52,219 nucleotides of DNA from a virus (taxonomy: Duplodnaviria; Caudoviricetes), in IMG/VR virus record IMGVR_UViG_3300022217_000187, positions 1 through 52,219 of that record; one strand, written 5' to 3'. Position 1 is the first letter of the stretch; each line of letters starts with the position of its first letter. A program made the position numbers and the translations under genes. The notes under the pieces are model-generated. The model made no database searches, had not been told where the DNA came from, and worked only from the letters and a program-made list of their open reading frames with translations. Shown one piece after another: positions 9,973 to 20,418 of this stretch.

Positions 9973-11518
9973 AATAATTAAAATTAATGAATCTTTTATT
10001 AAAATTCAAAGTGATAATATAGATGATCTCAATATTTTACATGAATGGTTTTCTAAACCAGTAAAAAATCATTGGTTTGCTCCGTCTTATAAGAGTGGAC
10101 AATGGGATGGTAAAATCAAATTTTTTAATAAAGTAAATGGAACTTTACCTTACGGGTTAATAGGAGAATTATTTAATTGTACAGCTCAAAATAATATTAG
10201 AGTTTACATTGATGATAAGTTTTTAAAGCAGATAAAATCTTTAAATGCTTTACCAGATTTCGAAGAATATGCATTTAAAAATTTAAATCCTATTTATTCT
10301 ATAGGTGGAGAAAAGGAATTAAGATATTATCAAGGTGATGCTGCTAAAAAAGCTTTATGTTCTAAAAGAGGATTACTTGAACATGCTACTAGATCAGGTA
10401 AAACACTTACTTTATTTTTAGTCATTAATTATATATATAATAAATTATATATTAAAAAAAATCTAACTAATATTAAAATTTTATTTATAGTTCCTAATCT
10501 TGGTCTAATTAAACAATTTATTGGAGATTTTGAAGATTATGGTATAGATCCTAAAATTATAGGAACATATTCGAGTAAATCTAAAGATACAGATAAGCCA
10601 ATTATTGTGGGTACTTGGCAATCTTTACATAAAAATAAAAACTTATTAAACCAAATTGCTGTGGTAGTAGCAGATGAGTGTCATGGAGTTCAAGCCAAGG
10701 TAATTTCTGAATTATTAAGTAATTGTACTAATGCTAAAATAAGACTCGGTATGTCGGGTACTATACAAGAAGATGAAGCTACTAGATTTACTATAATTGG
10801 ACATATTGGCCCAGTTATTAGTACAATAAAAACTAAAAAATTAGTACATGAAGGAATTTTAGTACCTGCTAATATAAAAATATTACAATTGAATTATTCT
10901 AAAGAACATAAAAAAGTTCTAAAAGAATTGTATAAGAAGTACAAAAAGAAATTACATGAAAAATTTGAAGAGCAACCTTATAAATTAGCAGCTAGATTAA
11001 AAACTTTAAGATATATAGTTGAAAAGAAATTTATTCAAGCTCACCCTAAACGTAAAAAATTAGTTAAAAAATTAATTGCTAAACATGAAGATGAAACTAT
11101 ATTATGTTTATTTAATGAAACAAAATTTGGAAAATCACATTTAGAATATTTACAAAAGCAATTTCCAAATAAAACTATTTTATATGTAGATGGAAGTATC
11201 GATGGTGATAATAGAGAAGCTATTAGACAAAGAGCTATTAATGAAAAAGGAATCATAATAGTTGCTAGTTTAAAAACATTCAGCACAGGAATTACAATTT
11301 CTAATTTATCTGTGATAATATTCCTATGGATTGGTAAAAGTAAAACAACTTTACTCCAGAGCATAGGAAGAGGATTAGGAAAACATGAAGATAAAAAATA
11401 TGTAACTGTCTATGATTTATCAGATTTACTTTTTTATAGTAAAAAACATTCTATAGAGAGATTACGACATTATATGTCAGAATCTCATAGTGCTAAAATA
11501 ACTGAAATAAATTTATAA
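9965..11518 (+). CDS. uvsW: UvsW SF2 DNA helicase
   Basis: F.PSYKSGQWDGKI, LRYYQ, ATRSGKT, DECH, SGT and QSIGRGL motifs. Confidence 0.92.
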   Translation: MIKIIKINESFIKIQSDNIDDLNILHEWFSKPVKNHWFAPSYKSGQWDGKIKFFNKVNGTLPYGLIGELFNCTAQNNIRVYIDDKFLKQIKSLNALPDFEEYAFKNLNPIYSIGGEKELRYYQGDAAKKALCSKRGLLEHATRSGKTLTLFLVINYIYNKLYIKKNLTNIKILFIVPNLGLIKQFIGDFEDYGIDPKIIGTYSSKSKDTDKPIIVGTWQSLHKNKNLLNQIAVVVADECHGVQAKVISELLSNCTNAKIRLGMSGTIQEDEATRFTIIGHIGPVISTIKTKKLVHEGILVPANIKILQLNYSKEHKKVLKELYKKYKKKLHEKFEEQPYKLAARLKTLRYIVEKKFIQAHPKRKKLVKKLIAKHEDETILCLFNETKFGKSHLEYLQKQFPNKTILYVDGSIDGDNREAIRQRAINEKGIIIVASLKTFSTGITISNLSVIIFLWIGKSKTTLLQSIGRGLGKHEDKKYVTVYDLSDLLFYSKKHSIERLRHYMSESHSAKITEINL

Positions 11519-11533
11519 TAATATATATTAAAC

Positions 11534-11770
11534 ATGGAGTTGAAAATGAAATTTAATTGTGGTCCAACTGTAGGTCAAAGAATTGAAAAATTTCTAAATA
11601 ATAGAAAAGAAAAGTTAAGTAAATGGCATAAATATTTTGCCTGGTATCCTGTTAGAGTTTCTAACAATACTTGTATATGGTTAGGATATGTAGAAAGAAA
11701 AGCAAAATATTATAGTTATTTTGTGGGAATTGAAAAATGGGAGTATAGAGAAATACAAATTAAAAATTAA
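11534..11770 (+). CDS. hypothetical protein
   Basis: WHKYFAWYPVR..CIWL..VER small phage protein pattern. Confidence 0.6.
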   Translation: MELKMKFNCGPTVGQRIEKFLNNRKEKLSKWHKYFAWYPVRVSNNTCIWLGYVERKAKYYSYFVGIEKWEYREIQIKN

Positions 11771-11810
11771 AGTAAAGTAAAAACTTTAAGGAGTAAACAA
11801 TATATTATTT

Positions 11811-12422
11811 ATGAAGAAAAATTTAATTATTTTATTGAGTATTGTCATATTATTCTTTAAACCTTTAACTTTATTAGGGCAAGAAACTGAAAATATAGAA
11901 CAATATCATATTACAGATGAAATTATATATAAATTTATAAAATCTCAAAATAAATACATTTCTAATTATAAAATGAAAGAAATAGTTAAAGCTATTAAAT
12001 ATTATATACCTAGATATTTTGGAGATGAAGGAATTTATAATGAAGGGTTAATTTGGACTTTATCTATAATGGCTAGAGAAAGTGTTTTTCGTAATATTAA
12101 TGGAGATGAAGGTAAAAGTATAGGATATATGCAAATTCAAAATCCTACATGTAATATAGCTAGAAAATATAATGGTATAAAAAGACAAATGAATTTAATA
12201 GCACTTTGGGATAACATCCATTGCGGAATGGGGGAACTAAATAGATTACATGAAAAATTAAATTGCGATTGGGATTTAACTATTAAAGGCTATAATGGAG
12301 GACTTTCTTCAGTTTTATATCCAAATAAATGGCGAAAATCAAATAGACAAACAGATATTTATTTAAAACTAGTAAAAGAGAAAAGAGATAAATTATTAGA
12401 GATTATAGAAGAAAATGAATAA
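11811..12422 (+). CDS. lytic transglycosylase (SLT-like) with signal peptide
   Basis: ARES, GYMQI and GYNGG motifs; N-terminal signal/SAR segment. Confidence 0.8.
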   Translation: MKKNLIILLSIVILFFKPLTLLGQETENIEQYHITDEIIYKFIKSQNKYISNYKMKEIVKAIKYYIPRYFGDEGIYNEGLIWTLSIMARESVFRNINGDEGKSIGYMQIQNPTCNIARKYNGIKRQMNLIALWDNIHCGMGELNRLHEKLNCDWDLTIKGYNGGLSSVLYPNKWRKSNRQTDIYLKLVKEKRDKLLEIIEENE

Positions 12423-12510
12423 AAATAATAACGAAAAAATTAAAATATTAGTATTATTAAAGCTATGAATGATGAAAATAAATCATTTTATTATAGGATG
12501 AAAATTAATA

Positions 12511-12873
12511 GTGAAAGAAATATTTGTATTTGGAAGTAATTATGCAGGTAGACATGGTAAAGGAGCGGCTCTTTGTGCTAAAAGATTACATGGAGCTAAA
12601 TATGGAATAGGCGAAGGAATTCAAGGAAATTCATATGGTATACCTACTAAAGATGAAAAATTGAAAACTTTACCATTAAGTAGAATTCAAAGACATGTTA
12701 CCACATTTTTAGAATATGCTAAAGAACATCCTAATATGACCTTTAATGTTACTCCTATAGGAACTGGATTAGCTGGATATGATCATCATCAAATAGCTCC
12801 TATGTTTAAAGGTCATACTTCTAATGTAAAAGTTATTAAGAAATGGGAGAAATATCTAAATCTTGACGATTGA
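12511..12873 (+). CDS. macro-fold-like phage protein (IFVFGSN family)
   Basis: IFVFGSNYAGRHGKGAA...YGIPT...TPIGTGLAG. Confidence 0.7.
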   Translation: MKEIFVFGSNYAGRHGKGAALCAKRLHGAKYGIGEGIQGNSYGIPTKDEKLKTLPLSRIQRHVTTFLEYAKEHPNMTFNVTPIGTGLAGYDHHQIAPMFKGHTSNVKVIKKWEKYLNLDD

Positions 12874-12951
12874 TGAAAAATATATTATAATAAAAAATTA
12901 TTTTAAATTTTACTTTTTAAAAAATATAAATAATTAAAAAGAGGATTTACA

Positions 12952-13217
12952 ATGAATAAAAATATATTAGAAAAAATTGAAAATATTTTAGAAGTTAAAG
13001 CTCCTAAATCTATAATAGATCGAGTTAAAAAAGAATGGAAAAATTAAATACTACTAAAGTCAAAAAAGCCAACCCAACATTTCTATGGAATGAAGGAGGC
13101 ATAAAATTTTATGAACATCCTACAAAGGGAGATGAATCACCAGCACTAGCATTGATAGACGGTGAATTTTATTTATCTGATATATGGGATAAAGGAGATT
13201 TTGAAAATAGTTTTTAA
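12952..13217 (+). pseudogene. late small protein, frameshifted in an A5 run near 13040 (pseudogene or assembly error)
   Basis: TATAAATA at 12925; MNKNILEKIENILE...EW continues in another frame as KLNTTKVKK. Confidence 0.5.
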
Positions 13218-13229
13218 TATCTAAAAATA

Positions 13230-13332
13230 AAATAGTAATATAAATAGTGAGGTAAGTTGACATACTCATGTATGTCAACAGCTAGGCGTATGTCAGACCT
13301 AGTTGTCCCTCAAAATTATTTATATGAATAAT
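13230..13332 (+). repeat. structured element, copy 1
   Basis: TATAAATA-TGAGG-[two hairpins]-CCTCA-TATTTATA; second copy at 13853. Confidence 0.85.
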
Positions 13333-13360
13333 TAAACATACTAAAAGGATTAAAAATATA

Positions 13361-13600
13361 ATGAATAAAGATATATTAGAAAAATAGATGAAACATTAAA
13401 TAGCGAATTAATTAAGGAAGGTAAAACTTCTATGGAATTAGTTACTCTTGAAAGGTCCTTACTTAAATATTTAGAAACTTTAGTAGAATTATCTGGAGGA
13501 TTTGAAAAGGGAAAATACAAAGATAAAGATGTTTCACAATTTAATAAATTACGTAATGATATATTAAGTTTAGGTATAAAAATTGAAAATAAATACAATA
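13361..13600 (+). pseudogene. late small protein, frameshifted in an A5 run near 13380
   Basis: MNKDILEK then IDETLNSELIKEG... in a shifted frame. Confidence 0.5.
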
Positions 13601-13852
13601 AAAAATAATAAAAGATATAATACTTATGAAAGACCTATTAGAAAAGATAGATGAGAAATTTAACAACGAAGTAATTGAAGAAGTTTCAGGAGAAGAGCAT
13701 ATTGAAATAGCTAGTAGTTACGATAGTAGTAAAAATAATTTAATAAAAAAAAATTTCTAAAAAATATAAAGTAAAATTATAAAATATACTTAAAGCCTAT
13801 GATGATATTCAAGAACAACTATCTTATATTCCTAGTGATAAAAATAGAAGAT

Positions 13853-13956
13853 AAATAGTAGTATAAATAATGAGGTAAGCTGAAATGTATAGACATTTCA
13901 GCTGCTAGATAAGGAAGAAAATCTAGTTGTCCCTCAAAATTATTTATATGAATAAT
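13853..13956 (+). repeat. structured element, copy 2
   Basis: Same flanks and junctions as copy 1; stems changed with pairing preserved. Confidence 0.85.
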
Positions 13957-13969
13957 ATAAGGAAGATAA

Positions 13970-16501
13970 ATGTCAAACCATTCAACAAATATTCTTGACA
14001 TTGAAAAAAAATACAAAATAAAAAATTCTGAAGTTTGCTTTTCAATGGCAGACCATCCTATGTTGAATAAAAATAGAAAATTCCCATTATATTTCAAAAC
14101 AACTCCATATGATTCTTGGGAAGATTTTATCAATGAAATGATAAATATGAGATTTTCATATACCCCTTCACATTTTAATCCTATGGATTCAAAAGATGGA
14201 TATGGTTATAGAAAAAAAGAAAATTTCTTAGCTACAAATATAGTAGGTCTAGATATTGATGATGGAATTACAATGGAATCTGCCATCAATAGACTCAAAG
14301 AATTAGATTATCCTGCTGTAGTATTACCTACAAAAAGCCATCAAATAAAGAAGAATGATAAACCTGCAATGGATAGATTCAGAGTATTAATTCCTGTCTC
14401 TGGTCTTATCTCTTCTCCTCCAGAATATAAGCTTACATGCGAAAAACTATCGTTAGAAATAGTTGATGGAAAAAGTGATCCACAATGCCATGAAGCTGCT
14501 AGATATTTTAATCCTACACCTAAAAAATGGAAAAAATCAATTGTTTATATAGATGGAAATAATTTACCTAATCCAGTAACTCTTTCAGAAGAAGATCTAA
14601 TAATTTATAAAACTAAAATTAAAAAAGTTAAAAAGAAACATAACAAAAGTAATTCTTTTAATGTATCTGATAAAGAAATAAATGTTTTTCAAAAATATCT
14701 TAATAATTTAAATTTAAAACATACTATTTCTCATTATAATGATTCTAATAACACATTTAATTTATATAGAGATAAAGATGATCAAGGCGCTGGCTGTTTT
14801 ATGTTCAAAAATGATATAAGAATTTTTGATAATAAAGGCAATAATGTAGATACTATTAATCATACATTTGAACAAATATCTGAAGGACTCAACAATAGAA
14901 AAAAAGATATAGAAGTTCTAAGAAAAGAAACTCAAGAAAGAATTCTTAATGGATTAAAACAAGATAAAGATTATAATGTCATAATAACATCAGAGGGTGT
15001 TGGTAAATCTATGCTTGCTCCTAAATATATGGAAAAATTCAATAAAGATAGAATAATTATTGTATGTAAATCATATGAACAACTATTAGATAAACAAAAA
15101 ATGTATGACAAATTTTTTCCAGATAAAAAAATAAAAATTATATATGGATCTGAAAAGATATTAGAAAGACACCGTATACATTATAGTGAATGGATATATG
15201 GATTTGACGAAGAAACAGGAGAAAAATATGTTAATTTAGTTAAAACTATTCAAAACAGTTCAGCTAACCCTGAAATTATTGCCGAAGTTCTTAGAGAAGT
15301 AGAAGAATATAAAGCCATATATGATAGAAAATCAAAAGTTGATATCATACTTATGGTACAAGATAAATTAAGAGTTGATGTTATTAAAGATAGATTGATA
15401 TCAAAAAAAGAATTAATTTTATGGGATGAATTTCATCCGGACCATTGGTTTGAAGATAGATTAGCAACTAAATGGGAACAAGACTTTCAAGATAAATTAG
15501 ATTTAAAAATCTATAAATATCAAACATGGCAAGGATTTTTCTCTAATATGATTCACAAATCTCAACGTTGGTTTAGTAAAATAAAAGGTCATAAAATAGT
15601 TCTATCTACAGAAACTAAAGCTATTGACTTCTTCAAAAAATTCCATGAAAATACATCTAATATTATAAATGAATGGAATATATTTTATGCTCCTACAGCT
15701 AGAATACATAGTGTAAATCCAGGTATTGTAATAAAAGATGGTGATCATAAAGAATATACAGCTAATGCATTTAGAGCTAATAATAAAATAGTTATTGGTA
15801 ATGGTATTAAAAGTAAAATAAATCACGTCTCTATGCTTGGTCAAAATTATCATGACAGATTTACTGAAAATGATGAAGTAGTTTTAATCATTAATAAACC
15901 ATCTCCAGGTGAATTAGCTCCTATTATGAAAAATTTAGAAGTAGATGATCATGAGGCTACTAAAATTTTGTTAACTGATGTATTAAATCAATATTTAGGT
16001 CGTTTTTATGGTTATAGAAGTGCAGTAAAAATAAAAAATTTAGATATTATTATTCCAAGTACTGTAATTAATGAAATACTACCAGAATTAAGATATGTAT
16101 GTGATGTTAGTAGAAATGTCACTGGTAGATGTCATAGAACTAATAAAAATAGAAATTTTGATAAAATTCTATATAGTATTCACAAAAATTTAAATTATAT
16201 TTCTTATGAAAATAATAATTTATTTTTAAAATCATTACATAAAATAGTAGAAAAATTTGAAGAGAAAATTGATAAAATTGGAACAGATATGGCTAATAAA
16301 TTCAAAGGAATGAAATTCTATAAATTTAGTAAAAAACAGGTGGAACTATCAGCATCTAAAATTCCACTTTATATTAGAAAAGCAAATGAAAGAATGAAAT
16401 ACAGTAATGTATATGCTAAGGATAAATTAACTAGTATATTATATAGTATTTTTCAAAATGAAAATATAGAAGACTTATTACTGACAGAAACGTTAGAATA
16501 A
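13970..16501 (+). CDS. AEP primase/polymerase domain fused to a P-loop helicase-like domain
   Basis: GLDIDDG, TKSH, RFRVLIP and AARYF (AEP); EGVGKS Walker A; ILWDE Walker B. Confidence 0.75.
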   Translation: MSNHSTNILDIEKKYKIKNSEVCFSMADHPMLNKNRKFPLYFKTTPYDSWEDFINEMINMRFSYTPSHFNPMDSKDGYGYRKKENFLATNIVGLDIDDGITMESAINRLKELDYPAVVLPTKSHQIKKNDKPAMDRFRVLIPVSGLISSPPEYKLTCEKLSLEIVDGKSDPQCHEAARYFNPTPKKWKKSIVYIDGNNLPNPVTLSEEDLIIYKTKIKKVKKKHNKSNSFNVSDKEINVFQKYLNNLNLKHTISHYNDSNNTFNLYRDKDDQGAGCFMFKNDIRIFDNKGNNVDTINHTFEQISEGLNNRKKDIEVLRKETQERILNGLKQDKDYNVIITSEGVGKSMLAPKYMEKFNKDRIIIVCKSYEQLLDKQKMYDKFFPDKKIKIIYGSEKILERHRIHYSEWIYGFDEETGEKYVNLVKTIQNSSANPEIIAEVLREVEEYKAIYDRKSKVDIILMVQDKLRVDVIKDRLISKKELILWDEFHPDHWFEDRLATKWEQDFQDKLDLKIYKYQTWQGFFSNMIHKSQRWFSKIKGHKIVLSTETKAIDFFKKFHENTSNIINEWNIFYAPTARIHSVNPGIVIKDGDHKEYTANAFRANNKIVIGNGIKSKINHVSMLGQNYHDRFTENDEVVLIINKPSPGELAPIMKNLEVDDHEATKILLTDVLNQYLGRFYGYRSAVKIKNLDIIIPSTVINEILPELRYVCDVSRNVTGRCHRTNKNRNFDKILYSIHKNLNYISYENNNLFLKSLHKIVEKFEEKIDKIGTDMANKFKGMKFYKFSKKQVELSASKIPLYIRKANERMKYSNVYAKDKLTSILYSIFQNENIEDLLLTETLE

Positions 16502-16601
16502 TGAAATAATTCTTGACTTTCCACTAAAAATTTAATATAATTAAGACATAAAATTAATAATTTGTATGTTAGTAATAGAACTATATCTTTTTTATATTTA
16601 C

Positions 16602-16630
16602 TTGACAACACTTCTATGATATTATATAAT
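16602..16630 (+). promoter_or_regulatory. sigma70-type promoter
   Basis: TTGACA-N17-TATAAT. Confidence 0.75.
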
Positions 16631-16661
16631 TAAATAAAAATTTAACAAAAGAAAGAATATT

Positions 16662-16844
16662 ATGATTGATGAAAAATATATAGAAGAAAAGGTTGAAGTA
16701 TATAATATTGCAATAGAAGCTCTTCGTAGTCATGAATCGTGTTCTGATGGAGATGAAAAATTGAAGTGGAAATTACGAGAGAGACTTGCTAATAAATTAG
16801 ATCGTGAAATAAATAAATGGTTAAGGAGTATATCATGGGAATGA
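16662..16844 (+). CDS. hypothetical protein
   Basis: ORF downstream of promoter. Confidence 0.55.
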   Translation: MIDEKYIEEKVEVYNIAIEALRSHESCSDGDEKLKWKLRERLANKLDREINKWLRSISWE

Positions 16845-17266
16845 GATTGTTTGGTAGTAATAGTGGAGGTAGTTGCTACCAAACAAAAGAAAATAGTATA
16901 CCTGATACAAATCCTAATCCATATAATTTTAAAATACGTAGAATTAGTAAAATTGAAGAATATTTAATTGTCTATATAAACTATATGGATTGTGTTAATT
17001 ATGAAGGTAATAAGATATTAGTATTTAAAGATATATCAATATCAGAAATAAAACAATCTTCATTTATTGATCCTCATTTTTGTAAAGGAGAACATATCTC
17101 ACCTATAGCTAGATTTGAGCCAACTAAAAGAGGTTATAAGATGGCATATATAATGTGTAAAGGTATGATTAATCATACTTCTAAAGAAGAAAAGATGATA
17201 AAAAAGTTGATTCTATTATGTCTAAACTTGAAGGATATCACTCATATAGTAATGATGAAGATATAA
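16835..17266 (+). CDS. conserved phage hypothetical protein
   Basis: NPNPYNF...Y.DC.NYEGNKILV...DPHF...PIARF.P; start after AAGGAG. Confidence 0.65.
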   Translation: MGMRLFGSNSGGSCYQTKENSIPDTNPNPYNFKIRRISKIEEYLIVYINYMDCVNYEGNKILVFKDISISEIKQSSFIDPHFCKGEHISPIARFEPTKRGYKMAYIMCKGMINHTSKEEKMIKKLILLCLNLKDITHIVMMKI

Positions 17267-18251
17267 CATCATATCGTAGTATTTTAAGATGTGATGTTTG
17301 TGATAATTGTAGTATATTATTATATAAAATGGAAAAAGATGGTTTTGATAATTTATGGATATGTGAAAAATGTTATTTAGAAAAAATTAGAAGAGATAAG
17401 ATAACGGAGATTGAAGATAAAACAAATAAGTCATAGATGTGATATAAGTAAAGAAATTTGTGAATTTCGTGATAAATATAGTGATTCTAAATGTGTAATA
17501 TACTCAAATAGACGAAATTGTCCAGTATCTATGAAACAATTAAGAAAGGCTTCTAGACATTCTAAGAGAATGCAAAAGCTTAGAAGTCATCATAATTATT
17601 TAAATTAAAGAGAAATTATGATACATACAATTATATCTAGATGAAAGTTATAAAATAAATGGTGTAAAAAAGTGAAAATATAGCTGGACATATTTGGTAT
17701 AATATTAATTTTAGACCAGGTAGAGTATTTATTGTAGATGGGTATTGTTTACATCGAGCTGGTCTTAGTATAGAAGATAGTTATAAATTAATTGAAAAAT
17801 TTAAACATATTAATTGTAAAATGGATACAGAACCATATATATAATAATTAAAGGTTATATTGTAAATGATAATGAATTAAAGATAGAAAAAATTCTATCT
17901 GAAGTCTATAATAAAATATGTATTACGTGTGGTGATGTTCAGACTCATAATATACAATATTGTAGAATATGTGGTTCTAAATATAGTAACATTAAGCCAA
18001 CTTTAATGGAAGGAATTAAAATAGCTTCATTAATAGCTAAAAGATGGAAAGATATTCATATTAGATTTAGACCATCTCATATATTAGCTATCAAAAGAAG
18101 GATTTTATTAAAAGAAGGTATAAGTGATAATGAATTTCTCTTATATATTTTAAAAAGAGCACCTAGATGGGAATATGATATAAATAGAAAGATAAATTAT
18201 TGATAAAAAAATAATGAGAAAATTAAAATATTAAATATATAGAGGAGTGAA

Positions 18252-18509
18252 ATGGATAAAATTATATTTTTAATAGATACTTTTTTTATTGGATTAAAAA
18301 TTTTAATTGAAGGTATTTTTATTTGTAGTATAGTTTTTTGTATAGTTGGATTTATTACAGTAGTTATAATATTTTTAATGTCTATACCTACAGTGTGGTT
18401 TATGACTAAGATTTTGGGATATATACTTATATTTATTGTAATATGTATTTTTATTGGTTGTATGAAGGATGTTCTTGAACGGATAAGAGAATTTGATACT
18501 CTAGATTAA
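18252..18509 (+). CDS. membrane protein
   Basis: Hydrophobic; GAGGAG SD. Confidence 0.55.
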   Translation: MDKIIFLIDTFFIGLKILIEGIFICSIVFCIVGFITVVIIFLMSIPTVWFMTKILGYILIFIVICIFIGCMKDVLERIREFDTLD

Positions 18510-18807
18510 TATAAGGAGAAAATAGAATTTATCTACTTTAATATGATGACTAATTTAGATATTAAATATGATTTACTAGAAGATAATAAACTTTCAATAT
18601 GTTCAGACTATGATATAGATTGTAAAGATGTAGAAAATCTTCTAAAATGTTTTATTGGTGGAATTCAATTTATAAAAAATGGAGATATAACATTATTGAA
18701 TTATATCTTCATGGCAGATGGAATATGTCCTAGGATGTTGAAGAAATAAAATTTAAAAATATAAGTTATCCCTTATAAAAAATAATTAAATTGAAAAGGA
18801 ATAAAAA

Positions 18808-19176
18808 ATGAACGATAATAGAATTTTAAATATACATGGTAAAGGATATAAATTATTAAAGCAAACTTTAGAATTAGCATTTAGTCAAGTAAATTTATTA
18901 TGTACTGGTTGGATAATAGATGAAAAATATGGATTAATATTATTATGGTATGTTGATGGAAAAGCTAATTCTTTTCCATATTCAATAACTAGTGAAGAAA
19001 TTATTAATTTAAGTTGGAATTGGTTAGCATATCCTAATTCCAACCAAATTAAAATGATTGAAGAAGTAGATAATTATGATAACTTTAATAATTTAAAATG
19101 GAAAATATATTATGAAGATAGAATTTATGTCTATAATAGTCGTGTTATATGTGTTATAAATCGTATTTTTAAATAA
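18808..19176 (+). CDS. hypothetical protein
   Basis: ORF with SD. Confidence 0.6.
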   Translation: MNDNRILNIHGKGYKLLKQTLELAFSQVNLLCTGWIIDEKYGLILLWYVDGKANSFPYSITSEEIINLSWNWLAYPNSNQIKMIEEVDNYDNFNNLKWKIYYEDRIYVYNSRVICVINRIFK

Positions 19177-19190
19177 CAAAAGGATAAAAA

Positions 19191-19400
19191 ATGGATGATA
19201 AATTATTAAAATTTACCAATGAAAAATATGGAAAAATTAGAGCATCGTTAGCGGCTATACATTATCATACATCAAAATATGATAATATTCAAATAAAAAA
19301 TTTATCTATTGAGGATGCTAAAATATTATTAGCAACAATAAAAACAATTAAAGATGAATATGAATATGTTATTCCTAAATTACAAGAGTTGAAGAAATAA
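19191..19400 (+). CDS. hypothetical protein
   Basis: ORF with SD. Confidence 0.55.
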   Translation: MDDKLLKFTNEKYGKIRASLAAIHYHTSKYDNIQIKNLSIEDAKILLATIKTIKDEYEYVIPKLQELKK

Positions 19401-19405
19401 TAAAT

Positions 19406-19708
19406 TTATTTCTTCAACATTCCCTTTCCAACATATTTTTCTAAGGGATTTATATTCTTACCTCTACGTATTTTCCCATTACTTTTATGAATAGCGGTAC
19501 CTGCTTTAGATTCAGATGTAGGATATCCATAACCATCAGCTTCCCATCCTTCCCCATTTAATTCAAATGAAGTTTTACTCATAATTCTATGAGACGATTG
19601 TTTTTCCCCACAAAATGGGCAATCAATTATTTTAGTATCATCACTTATTTTTAAAATTTGCTCTTCTATTGCTCTACAATGAGAGCAAAGAAACTCATAA
19701 ATTGGCAT
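19406..19708 (-). CDS. FmdB-family zinc ribbon protein
   Basis: MPIYEFLCSHC...CPFCG...S.TSFEL.G.GW. Confidence 0.85.
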   Translation of the reverse strand: MPIYEFLCSHCRAIEEQILKISDDTKIIDCPFCGEKQSSHRIMSKTSFELNGEGWEADGYGYPTSESKAGTAIHKSNGKIRRGKNINPLEKYVGKGMLKK

Positions 19709-19727
19709 TTAATTTTCCTTTTTTTAA

Positions 19728-19973
19728 TTATAGATTTTGTAAATTATGCCATTGTCTCCATTCTTCAGCACGTTCATCTGACATTGAATAATCATCGATA
19801 CATCCACCATCTTCACATTTGGGACATAAATGTATTTTATAATATCCAGTTTCCCAATCACCTTCTTCATCCTCTTCACAATCTTTAACATCACCTTTCC
19901 ATTCACATGATGAACATATAGCTATATCAGGTAAAGGTTCAATTGGAAAAGTTTGAAATAAATTTATTTTCAT
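19728..19973 (-). CDS. small zinc-binding protein
   Basis: CSSC and CPKC motifs. Confidence 0.55.
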   Translation of the reverse strand: MKINLFQTFPIEPLPDIAICSSCEWKGDVKDCEEDEEGDWETGYYKIHLCPKCEDGGCIDDYSMSDERAEEWRQWHNLQNL

Positions 19974-20074
19974 ATTATATCTCCATCCCATATTGATTTA
20001 TTATCATATGTAATATGAAAACAATTTTTATTTTTTGCTTCTTTCTCTTTTAATATCATATATACTTTCTCCTT

Positions 20075-20416
20075 CTAAAAATTTTCTTCTTTTTTCTCTC
20101 TTTCAATTGTAACTAAAATGGTTTCATATTCTTTATCAACTATCACAAATCTCCATCCATCACTTATAAAATATAGAGCAGATTGAAAATTATTAGATAA
20201 TATTCTTTTAACCATATATCCTTTTTTTCTAATATTTGTATCTAATTTAGCTTGAGTAAGTAAATTTTTAATATCAGTATAAGGTTCTTCGTATTCTATT
20301 TCTAATTTTTCACAAAGTTCTTTAAATTTATCATAAGCATGATTTGTTATAATAATATCATCTATTTTAAATCTATCCATTAATTTTATATTTTTTTCTT
20401 TTTTCTTTTTAGGCAT
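20075..20416 (-). CDS. hypothetical protein, possible RelE/colicin-type RNase fold
   Basis: ITNHAYDKF start and ILVTI end pattern. Confidence 0.4.
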   Translation of the reverse strand: MPKKKKEKNIKLMDRFKIDDIIITNHAYDKFKELCEKLEIEYEEPYTDIKNLLTQAKLDTNIRKKGYMVKRILSNNFQSALYFISDGWRFVIVDKEYETILVTIEREKKEENF

Positions 20417-20418
20417 AA

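Noticed and set aside
13230-13956. CRISPR mini-array
   Set aside because: Only two ~100-nt units about 620 nt apart with internal variable stems; no repeat-spacer periodicity and no cas genes.
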